Below are positions 19,161 through 27,277 of a DNA stretch of 60,252 nucleotides, piece after piece. The translations under genes and the position numbers were made by a program. The stretch is from Acidimicrobiia bacterium (lineage in GTDB: Bacteria; Actinomycetota; Acidimicrobiia; Spongiisociales; Spongiisociaceae): assembly GCA_011523395.1 (NCBI GenBank), contig WTGW01000041.1, positions 1 to 60,252 on the forward strand, in the 5' to 3' direction. The number at the start of each line of letters is the position of its first letter. Positions within the stretch are counted from its first letter, which is position 1. The notes beneath the pieces are model-generated. The model ran no database searches. It worked only from the letters and a program-made list of their open reading frames with translations, and had not been told where the DNA came from.

Positions 19161-19356
19161 CCAATTTAGCGGCCCGTTGTGCATGAGAGGTGCATGACGG
19201 GCCCGGCGATCGCGGGCGGGACCTTCCCGAGGACCCCAGCCCGCAGGCGACGACCGGCCAACCTCAGGCTCACAACGTCACACACGGTGCCGTGAACCTC
19301 AGGAACAGGCCACCTAATGTGACGCCCTCCGCCTCAAGAACCGCCCAGGTGCCAAA

Positions 19357-19606
19357 ACTCGCGAAAAACCGGTGCTCCGCACCGGGCCCCCTCCCCCGCC
19401 ACCACCCATCCTGTGGGAGCGTGGTCGGCCATGCCCGGATGGATGCCGGGAATCGGCCCTCGCTCCATAAGCCTTTGATGTTCCCTCGGGCCGGCCGTTC
19501 CGATCGGTTATCAACGCATCGGCCGGTATCGGTGCTTAGCGATAGGCAATATATACCAGGGGTGTGACAGGTCCAAGCCCCTTCCGCCAGTCCGCGAAAA
19601 AACCCC
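19357..19606. repeat. intergenic repeat family, copy 3
   Basis: Bounded by CGCGAAAA at 19360 and 19593. On the minus strand it carries a TATATT box, the CCGGCCG...CGGCCGG hairpin, the G-tract GGGTGGTGGCGGGGGAGGGG and CCGGTGC-GGA-GCACCGG-TTTTT. Confidence 0.85.
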
Positions 19607-19674
19607 CGGAAACCGAGGGCGCCTGGCTGCTAGTCACAACCTCCGGGTGGCTTGCCCGGGACGGGTAACCGGAA

Positions 19675-20280
19675 TCAGAGGGCGTCCGCCAGGGCGCCCC
19701 AGAGGTCGGCTACGGCGGAGCCCAGCCCTCCCAGCGCCCAGCGCAGGACCAGCGCCACCACGGCTACCCCGGCGGCGGCGAAGATCATCCGGAGCCGGTA
19801 GGTGATCGTCTCCTCGCTGTCCTCCAGGTAGGAAGGATTGGCGACCGGCGCCCGGGCCATGGCGCGCCGGCGCCCGAGCGATTGCCTGGCGGCCGAGATC
19901 AGCTTCGTCCCGGGCAACTCGGGTAGCTCGAGAGGCTCGCTCCCCGGATGAGTCGCGAGATCCGGCTCCTCCAACTCGACGATCTCGATGTCGTACAGGG
20001 TGTCCTCGTCCAGCCCGGCCTCGGGCTCGGGTGGCGGCGACAGCAGCCTGTGCTCGTCGACCCGCCGCAGGGCTTCCTCCAGGAGAGGCATCGGCAACTT
20101 CAGCGCGGCGGACACATCCACCAGCTCATCGCTGTCAGGGATGGCGGAGCCCTTTTCCCAGCCGACCACCACCTCGATCGGCCGACCGGTTCGGGTGGCG
20201 ATGTCCACCACGGAGACATCCATCTCCTCGCGGCGCTTCGCGAACAGGCGGGCGAACGCCAGCCCTCCGTCCGGAGACAT
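19675..20280 (-). CDS. XRE-type HTH protein with C-terminal TM helix (RodZ/anti-sigma-like topology)
   Basis: N-terminal HTH-like segment (VVDIATRTGRPIEVVVGWEKGSAIP), an acidic linker, and the C-terminal helix IFAAAGVAVVALVLRWALGGL. ATGA overlap with the upstream gene. Confidence 0.6.
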   Translation of the reverse strand: MSPDGGLAFARLFAKRREEMDVSVVDIATRTGRPIEVVVGWEKGSAIPDSDELVDVSAALKLPMPLLEEALRRVDEHRLLSPPPEPEAGLDEDTLYDIEIVELEEPDLATHPGSEPLELPELPGTKLISAARQSLGRRRAMARAPVANPSYLEDSEETITYRLRMIFAAAGVAVVALVLRWALGGLGSAVADLWGALADAL

Positions 20281-20684
20281 CAGTGGGTCAGGATCTCAGG
20301 AAGGCTGTCGGGCTCAGGCCCGGCGGTCACCCGTAGCAGACCCAAGTCCTTGACGTTCCAGCACAGGGTCATGCCACCCGGGACCTGGAGCCGCAGGACC
20401 GGCTCCCCGTCGGCGCCTCCGGCGTGAACCTCGCCGAGCGCCATCGCGTCGGTCAGGGGAATGGAGGCGGAATAGGCGCCGTCGGCACTGAGAGCCGTTA
20501 CGTGAGTGGCGGCGGTACGGGGACGAGCCGCCTCGATCAACGGGCGCACGGCCACCACCACGCCCGCGGCGCCGTGATCCGGAGTTCCCATGTCGTGGAG
20601 GGTCTCCAGGTCGTAGCCCCGGGGACGATCGACCAAACCGTTCACCCGCAGAACGGGTGGTTCCGCAGGTCTTCCACCAGCCAT
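20280..20684 (-). CDS. small SUOX/YedY-fold (molybdopterin-oxidoreductase-like) domain protein
   Basis: Resembles the oxidoreductase molybdopterin-binding fold (LRVNGLVDRP...DLETL; LCWNVKDLGLLRV resembles the K-S-V-K-W-L block). It is only 134 aa and shows no obvious Mo-ligand Cys context. Confidence 0.45.
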   Translation of the reverse strand: MAGGRPAEPPVLRVNGLVDRPRGYDLETLHDMGTPDHGAAGVVVAVRPLIEAARPRTAATHVTALSADGAYSASIPLTDAMALGEVHAGGADGEPVLRLQVPGGMTLCWNVKDLGLLRVTAGPEPDSLPEILTH

Positions 20685-20921
20685 GTTCCAACGGTAGCGC
20701 CACGAGGGTGCCTAACCGCGCCTTGAGACGATGACGAGAACCACCCGTACGGCCCGGACCGAGATCGACCGGAGTCCCGGATACCTGACCAGGTCGATCC
20801 GGGCAAGCAGTCCGGCCATTGATCGACTCGCTACCGCCTGGTGGGTCCCCCTAGCGCCGCAGCAACCCTTACAGTGGTCGGAGGCGCCCAGGAGCACGCC
20901 CGGGCAACGGGAAGGTAACGG

Positions 20922-21515
20922 ATGGCGAGAGGGTTAGCGGCCGGCGACCGCCAGCGCCCCGACCACAGGCCGGGAAAGGTCGGGGTGTTCAGAACGGTCG
21001 CCGCTGTAGTGGCCGGCTCCCTGCTTGTCGCCGCATGCGGAACAAACCCGCCCTCAGGCCCAGACCGTGCCACCGCTGAGTCCGCTATCCACGCGGCCGT
21101 GGTGCGCCAACTCGTGGAGTTCGACAACACATTCGGTCCGGATCATCGATTCACCGAACTGCTGATACTCGACCACGTCGACACCCACGCAGGCGACCCG
21201 ACCCGGCAAGGCCAGCCAGGAGGTTCGCTTACCGACGGCCAGCGTTCAGCTATCCGCGCCGCCGTTGAACACCTGGCACCGGTCAGGTTCATCAGCAACC
21301 GGGACGAATACATAAGACGGGATGTGCTCCAGCCCACCATCCCTGGAAGCGTGATCATCACCGTCGCGCCGGTCGAGTTCGACGACAAGGGAGCAACCGT
21401 CGGGGCGGGACTGTGGTGCGGAGGCACCTGCGGTCTATGGCTCACCTACCGCCTCGCTGAAGAACCCGACGGTTGGACCGTAACCGGCAGGGAAGGACCC
21501 TGGGCGATCTCCTAG
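20922..21515 (+). CDS. hypothetical lipoprotein
   Basis: Lipobox SLLVAACG. No family recognised. Confidence 0.5.
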   Translation: MARGLAAGDRQRPDHRPGKVGVFRTVAAVVAGSLLVAACGTNPPSGPDRATAESAIHAAVVRQLVEFDNTFGPDHRFTELLILDHVDTHAGDPTRQGQPGGSLTDGQRSAIRAAVEHLAPVRFISNRDEYIRRDVLQPTIPGSVIITVAPVEFDDKGATVGAGLWCGGTCGLWLTYRLAEEPDGWTVTGREGPWAIS

Positions 21516-21696
21516 AGACAAACCCGGCAACCGCCTCCCCGCCCAACCCTGTCTCCTTGGCGATTCGTCCCGGTCAGGGCGATCCCGAACCGCCACCGGA
21601 TTGGATCCCCGGTCCCGACTAGCGAGCAGATCGACCCTTCGACGGCCGACGGATGAGGCGGACGACCCGCCGCGTCCATCCGCTAGAGGTTGGTGG

Positions 21697-22470
21697 CTAC
21701 CAGATGCTCCACCCGCCGTCGACGACGAGATTGGTGCCGTTCACGAACGCCGATCCCTCCGCGGCCAGGAACACGACCGCGGTCACGTAGTCGTGGGGCA
21801 GGCTGTTGCGACCCACGGGCGTCTGGTCGGCCAGCTTCTCCCACAACGCCCTGGCCTCCTCGGTGGGGTTGGGATGCCAGGTGATCATGCCGGGGCTGAG
21901 GCTGTTCACCGTGACCCCGGTCCTGCCCAGCTGGCACGCCAGGTAGTGGGTGAGCCCGATGAGCCCGTGCTTGGCGGCCGTGTACGCCCCGGCGCCGCCC
22001 CGGCGGGTCGTGTTGCGGGCGTCCTGGCCGATCGAGCCGTAGACCGACGAGACGTTGATGATCCGGCCGAAGCCCCGCTCCGCCATCTTGGGACTGAGGA
22101 GATGGATGAGGCGCATGGCCGCAACCACGTTGACCTCGTAGGTGCCGCGCCACTCCTCAGGGGTCTGCTCGGGCCAGGGCTTGATGAACGGATCGCCCCC
22201 GGCATTGTTGACGAGGATGTCGATGTGCTCTGGTATCCCATCCAGTTCCTCGTACAGGGCGTCGTCGGTCAGATCGCCGACGATGTAGCGGTGCTCAGGT
22301 CCCAGCGTGGAGAAGGTCTCGGCGAGCGCATCCCCGCTGCGGGCCACGCTCAGCACGGTGGCGCCGTGGCCGGCCAGCCCGTGTACCAGGGTGCGGCCGA
22401 GGCCATAACCCCCGCCGGTTACCAGTGCGGTCTTGCCGGTGAGGTCGAACATATTCGAGTGAACATCCAT
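21697..22470 (-). CDS. SDR family oxidoreductase
   Basis: TGGGYGLG cofactor motif and YTAAKHG catalytic YxxxK. Confidence 0.9.
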   Translation of the reverse strand: MDVHSNMFDLTGKTALVTGGGYGLGRTLVHGLAGHGATVLSVARSGDALAETFSTLGPEHRYIVGDLTDDALYEELDGIPEHIDILVNNAGGDPFIKPWPEQTPEEWRGTYEVNVVAAMRLIHLLSPKMAERGFGRIINVSSVYGSIGQDARNTTRRGGAGAYTAAKHGLIGLTHYLACQLGRTGVTVNSLSPGMITWHPNPTEEARALWEKLADQTPVGRNSLPHDYVTAVVFLAAEGSAFVNGTNLVVDGGWSIW

Positions 22471-22497
22471 CTCGGTGACTCCTTCCTTCAGTTGCGG

Positions 22498-22890
22498 TCA
22501 GCCGTCCAGGATCGCGGTTGCTTCGATCTCCACCATCAGGTCGGGGTGGAGCAGTTCGCTGGTGCCCACGAACGCGCTGGCCGGCTTGGGTTCCACATCC
22601 GCGAAGGCCTCACCATGGGCGCGACCTGCCTCGGCCCACAGGCTCATGTCCGTCAGGAACACCCGGGTCCGGACGATGTCGTGCACCGACCCGCCCAACT
22701 CCTCCACCGCGGAGACGATGATGTCCATGCAGCGCTTGGACTGCGCGTACATGTCGCCCGCGTGCAGGATCTGCCCTCCCGGACCGCTCGACGATGTACC
22801 GGCCACCTCGATGATGTTCCCCACCCGGACCGCTCTTGAGTACCCGACCGCGGACCACTTCCTGTTGGACGGTACCGATGTTCTCTCCAT
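22498..22890 (-). CDS. RidA/YjgF family reactive-intermediate deaminase
   Basis: 130-aa YjgF-like sequence (YSRAVRVGNIIEVAGT..., TRVFLTDM..., VEIEATA). Start trimmed to the ATG at 22890, after GGAAGG. Confidence 0.8.
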   Translation of the reverse strand: MERTSVPSNRKWSAVGYSRAVRVGNIIEVAGTSSSGPGGQILHAGDMYAQSKRCMDIIVSAVEELGGSVHDIVRTRVFLTDMSLWAEAGRAHGEAFADVEPKPASAFVGTSELLHPDLMVEIEATAILDG

Positions 22891-22999
22891 AGCTACCTTC
22901 CTTCGCCGGATGATTCCCGGAGTCTTGCAGTATCGGCCACCGGATGCGGGCCGAACCTCCCTCTGAGGCAACTCCGCGCGAGGAACATCCGGCCCTCCG

Positions 23000-23740
23000 T
23001 CACTTCACGATCGAGAAACCACCATCCACACGGACAACCTCTCCGGTGATGAACGAGGCCCGATCCGAGAGCAGGAACGCGATCAGCTCCGCGACCTCAG
23101 CAGGTTCGGCGAAACGCTTCAGGGCATGACCCTCGAGCCGCTGATCCACGTCGAAGGCCCCCCGCGCCGCAGCCTCTCTGATCATCGGCGTGTCTACGTA
23201 GCCGGGTGCTACCGCGTTGACCCGGATCCCGTGTCCCGCCCACTCGGCCGCCAGGGTGCGCGTCAGCGCGCCCACGCCGGCCTTGGCCACCGCGTAGGGC
23301 AGGCGGCCGGGCCAGGCGAAGTCCATCGCCACCGAGCTGATGTTGACAATCGACCCGGCCGAACCGGCCTCCACCATCGCCTGAGCCACCGCTTGGGCCA
23401 GGAAGAAGGCCCCGTCGAGATGCACACCGAGGATCGAACGCCATCCGGCCCGGTCGAGTTCGAGGCTGGGGGCGGCATGATGGTTGCCGGCTGCGTGGAC
23501 AAGCCCTGTGAGCGGGCCCCGGTCGGCAAGGCGCGCCACGGCTCGGCGGACCTGCTGCTGGTCGGCCACGTCGCATATCTCGCCCCTTACCCTGGGATCG
23601 GACTGCAGGTCCGACAGCCCGGCGGGGTCCAGGTCGACGGCCCCGAGGGTGACCGTGTCATAACGCTCGAGAAGCAGATCGCACACCGCCCGGCCGATAC
23701 CGCTCGCGGCCCCTGTCACCACGACACAACCCCCGGTCAC
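23000..23740 (-). CDS. SDR family oxidoreductase
   Basis: VTGAASGIG and YAVAKAG motifs. The GTG start overlaps the upstream stop. Confidence 0.9.
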   Translation of the reverse strand: MTGGCVVVTGAASGIGRAVCDLLLERYDTVTLGAVDLDPAGLSDLQSDPRVRGEICDVADQQQVRRAVARLADRGPLTGLVHAAGNHHAAPSLELDRAGWRSILGVHLDGAFFLAQAVAQAMVEAGSAGSIVNISSVAMDFAWPGRLPYAVAKAGVGALTRTLAAEWAGHGIRVNAVAPGYVDTPMIREAAARGAFDVDQRLEGHALKRFAEPAEVAELIAFLLSDRASFITGEVVRVDGGFSIVK

Positions 23741-24666
23741 GCCCTCTCCTCTCCCCGGCGAGCCGGGCCTCTAACTGATCGAGGCGTCCGGACGCCCGCG
23801 TGATGGATCATGGGAGCCAGGCCGGGCACTCCCGCATCACAAGCGTATAGGTGCCCGGATCCATCTGCGGGACCACCGTCTTGCGTGGATCGAGCGGAAG
23901 TGACGACAAGGGTGGTGAGGTCGTCGCCCGCGAACGCCACCGCAGTGACGTTGGGGACCGGGAACCGGATCTCGTGATCGACATGACCGTCGGGATCGTA
24001 CCTGCGGACGGCACCGGTCCCCCAGAAGGCGATCCATAGCCCTCCCTCGATGTCGAGGGCTATCCCGTCCGGAAGGCCGTCCTCTTCGGCAAAGGTCAGG
24101 AACACCTCCTCATCCAGGTGCCCCTGGCCCGGATCCCATTTGTCGCGCCGGACGATGTGTTCGAACGTGTCCACGTGGTAGAAGGCCTCCCCATCCTCCA
24201 GCCATGCAATGCCGTTCGAGAGCGTGTACCCGGTGGCCACCGGGGTGATCCCGCCGCCGTCGTACCGCCAGAGGGTTCCCGCCAGCGGCTGCCGGCTGTG
24301 AGTGGTCGTCCCGAACCAGAACGCCCCGTCCGGACTGCACGCCCCGTCGTTGGTGAGCGCCCCGGACGGACCGTCGCCGAGGCCGACCTTCTCCAGGAGA
24401 ATCCCGCGGCTGTCGAGGAGCCCGACCCCGTCGCCCAGAGCCGCCACGTAGACGTCCGGTACGGGGCCGAGACCGATGGCCGTGCACCGGGTGGCCAGCG
24501 GGTACCGGGAGTGGGAACCGCTACGCCAGTCCATCCGGTGCAGGACGGACGCCTCGCTCGCATCGATCCAGGCGACCGTGCCGGTCCGTGGATCCCAGAC
24601 CGGCGACTCGCCCAGGTCATCGCCGGACGGGACCAGTACGCGCCGGCCTCCTGATGTCCCCATCAT
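23737..24666 (-). CDS. SMP-30/gluconolactonase/LRE family protein
   Basis: LGESPVWDP..., DGAFWFGT, and PDGIALD blocks typical of the six-bladed lactonase fold. Confidence 0.85.
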   Translation of the reverse strand: MMGTSGGRRVLVPSGDDLGESPVWDPRTGTVAWIDASEASVLHRMDWRSGSHSRYPLATRCTAIGLGPVPDVYVAALGDGVGLLDSRGILLEKVGLGDGPSGALTNDGACSPDGAFWFGTTTHSRQPLAGTLWRYDGGGITPVATGYTLSNGIAWLEDGEAFYHVDTFEHIVRRDKWDPGQGHLDEEVFLTFAEEDGLPDGIALDIEGGLWIAFWGTGAVRRYDPDGHVDHEIRFPVPNVTAVAFAGDDLTTLVVTSARSTQDGGPADGSGHLYACDAGVPGLAPMIHHAGVRTPRSVRGPARRGEERA

Positions 24667-24700
24667 CCTTCCCGGAAGGTGCCTCTACCGGTCTTGTGGA

Positions 24701-25480
24701 TCAATAGTTGCTCCAGCCCCCGTCCACCGTTATCACCTGGCCGGTGATGAAGTCGCTGGCAGGACTCGCCAGGAACTGGCAGGCGGCAGCGATGTCGTCC
24801 GGCATCCCGCGCCAGGGGAGCGACTGAACCTGCTGCATCCACTTGAGGGTGGCGGCCGGGTCTCCGCCCTCCTCCTGCTCCCGCTCCACCACGATCGCGC
24901 CGGGGACGACGCAGTTGACCCGGATGCCGTTGGCGCCCTCCGCCCGCGCCAGCGAACGGGTGAACGAGATGAGCCCGCTCTTGGATGTGACGTAGTGGAG
25001 CGAACGCGGGTCTCCGGTGTTGGCCATGACCGAACCGATGGTGATGACCTTGCCGTACGAACGCCGCCGCATGCCTCCGATCGCATGGCGCGCCAGCACG
25101 AAGACCCCGCGGAGGTTGACCTCCATCACGTGGTCCCACTCTTCAACGGTGATCTCGTCCCAGGGCAGCTTGTCGGTGGCGGCCGCGTTGGCGATGACCG
25201 TGTCCACGCCCGGAGGGAACGTCGCCTCGATTAACCGCACGGCGGCGGCGGTCTGGGCATCGTCGGCCGCATCGGCCGTGATCGGCAGCACCCGGTCCTC
25301 GCCCAACTCCTCCACCAGCGCGGCCGAGAGGCGCTCGTTCCGATCGGAACCCCGATGGGTGAGGGCCACGCGAGCTCCGGAGGCCACGAACCGCCGGACT
25401 ATCGCGGCGCCGATGCCTCTCGTGGCCCCCGTCACGAGGGCCACCCTGCCCTCCAGCGAGAAGTCCGCGTCGCCGCGCAA
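24701..25480 (-). CDS. SDR family oxidoreductase
   Basis: TTG start after GGGAGGTGA. Motifs VTGATRGIG and YVTSKSG. Confidence 0.9.
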   Translation of the reverse strand: MRGDADFSLEGRVALVTGATRGIGAAIVRRFVASGARVALTHRGSDRNERLSAALVEELGEDRVLPITADAADDAQTAAAVRLIEATFPPGVDTVIANAAATDKLPWDEITVEEWDHVMEVNLRGVFVLARHAIGGMRRRSYGKVITIGSVMANTGDPRSLHYVTSKSGLISFTRSLARAEGANGIRVNCVVPGAIVVEREQEEGGDPAATLKWMQQVQSLPWRGMPDDIAAACQFLASPASDFITGQVITVDGGWSNY

Positions 25481-25590
25481 GTCACCTCCCAGGCGCCGTC
25501 ACCGATACGCGGCGACGATAATCAGCCAACCGCTCCCCCGGCGGTATGGCAGGGTTATCCTGCGCCGCCTACCGGACCTGAGGGTACGCA

Positions 25591-27171
25591 ATGTTCGATC
25601 TGCTCTTCCGCAACGCGACCCTCGTCGACGGGACCGGATCACCTTCGAGGCGCGCCGATGTCGGCGTGAGCGGCGACCGGATCGGGGCGGTGGGGACGAT
25701 CCCCACGGGTGCGAGGGCCCTGACGACCCTCGACGCCACCGGGAAGGTACTGTGCCCGGGCTTCATCGACATCCACACCCACTCGGATCTGAGCCTGCTG
25801 GCCGACGGGACCGGGGAGAGCAAGCTCCTCCAGGGAGTGACCACGGAGGTGGTCGGCAACTGCTCCTTTGCAGCCTTCCCGATAGAACCCTCCCGGCTTC
25901 ACCTGCACTCCGATCATCTGGCCCGGGTGACCAGCCCGGTCTCGCCGCACTGGGTAGACCTCGAGGGGTACGCGGCGGCCCTGGAGGATGAGGGCTTGGC
26001 CATCAACGTAGCTCCGCTGGCCGGTCACGGGACGCTGCGGGTGGCGGCGATGGGCATCGACCGCAGGCCTCCCACCGGCGAGGAGCTGGGCCGGATGGTC
26101 AGGGACCTCGAGGGCGCGCTCGACCAGGGGGCCTTCGGGATGAGTACGGGGTTGACGCACGTTCCCAGTTCCTACGCCGACTTTGACGAGATAGCGGAGC
26201 TGGCCCGGGTTCTGGCGCGGCGGGAGGCCTTGTACGCCACTCATTCGAGACCGGGTGAGGACCGGGAACGGGGCGCCGTCGGCGAGGCCGTCGACCTGGG
26301 ACGGCTAACGGGGGTTGCGGTGGAGTTCAGCCACCTGGCCATCAACGACCCGGACCTCTGGAACACCGGTGAGCGCGTGCTGGAGCTCTTCTCGGAGGCG
26401 AGGGAGTCCGGCGTGGATATCTTCTTCGATGTCTACCCCTACCATGCCTCCTCGTCCTCCCTCACCCAGTACCTACCGCCCTGGGTGCAGGAAGGGGGAA
26501 CGGAGGCCATGCGGTCCCGCCTGGCGGATCCGGCCACCAGAGCGAAGGCGCTCCACGACATGACACTCGGGTGGTTCGGAGGCATACCCTGGCTGTTCGA
26601 CCGCTTCGTCATCAGCGAGTGCCCGGACGGCTTCGGAATCTCCCGGTCTCTGGAGGAGCTGTCAGCCGAGGCAGGCGCCGACCCGTACGAGATGACCCTG
26701 GAACTGTGCGAGCGCTACGGCAACCTGGCACAGGTGGTCCTGTTCTACCGGACCGAACAGGACGTCCGGACCTTCCTCGGCCATCCGTTGGCCGTGGTGG
26801 GATCCGACGGGAACGCCGTGCCGCTCCACCAGCCGCATGCTCGGCCCCATCCACGCTTCTTCGGGACCTTCCCGCGGGTTCTCGGAAGGTACGTGCGGGA
26901 AAGGCAGATCCTGACCTTGGAGGACGCCGTGCGCAAGATGTCCGGGGAACCCGCCCGGCGGCTGGGACTCGAGGGACGGGGAACGGTCAGGGAGGGGAAG
27001 ATCGCGGATCTGGTCGTCTTCGATCCCGAGACGGTGAGGGACACGACCGGTTTCGGCCAGGTTCCCGCCGCGCCGGTCGGCATCGAGACGGTGGTCGTGG
27101 CGGGGAGGGTCCTGGTCGAGGGTGGCGTGGTCTCCACCGAACGGCCCGGACGGGTGCTGCGCAGGAACTGA
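25591..27171 (+). CDS. N-acyl-D-amino-acid deacylase (D-aminoacylase) family amidohydrolase
   Basis: DLLFRNATLVDGTG...GKVLCPGFIDIHTHSD N-terminus and ~525-aa length are typical of the family. Confidence 0.85.
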   Translation: MFDLLFRNATLVDGTGSPSRRADVGVSGDRIGAVGTIPTGARALTTLDATGKVLCPGFIDIHTHSDLSLLADGTGESKLLQGVTTEVVGNCSFAAFPIEPSRLHLHSDHLARVTSPVSPHWVDLEGYAAALEDEGLAINVAPLAGHGTLRVAAMGIDRRPPTGEELGRMVRDLEGALDQGAFGMSTGLTHVPSSYADFDEIAELARVLARREALYATHSRPGEDRERGAVGEAVDLGRLTGVAVEFSHLAINDPDLWNTGERVLELFSEARESGVDIFFDVYPYHASSSSLTQYLPPWVQEGGTEAMRSRLADPATRAKALHDMTLGWFGGIPWLFDRFVISECPDGFGISRSLEELSAEAGADPYEMTLELCERYGNLAQVVLFYRTEQDVRTFLGHPLAVVGSDGNAVPLHQPHARPHPRFFGTFPRVLGRYVRERQILTLEDAVRKMSGEPARRLGLEGRGTVREGKIADLVVFDPETVRDTTGFGQVPAAPVGIETVVVAGRVLVEGGVVSTERPGRVLRRN

Positions 27172-27277
27172 AGCCGGCCGTACCGACGCTCCTGCCACCT
27201 CCGTAGGCGTCGCGGGTCGCCGATCCGCCCGTTATTGTCGGAAGCCGGACCAACCCCGCCTTCGCGAAGGAGCGAGC

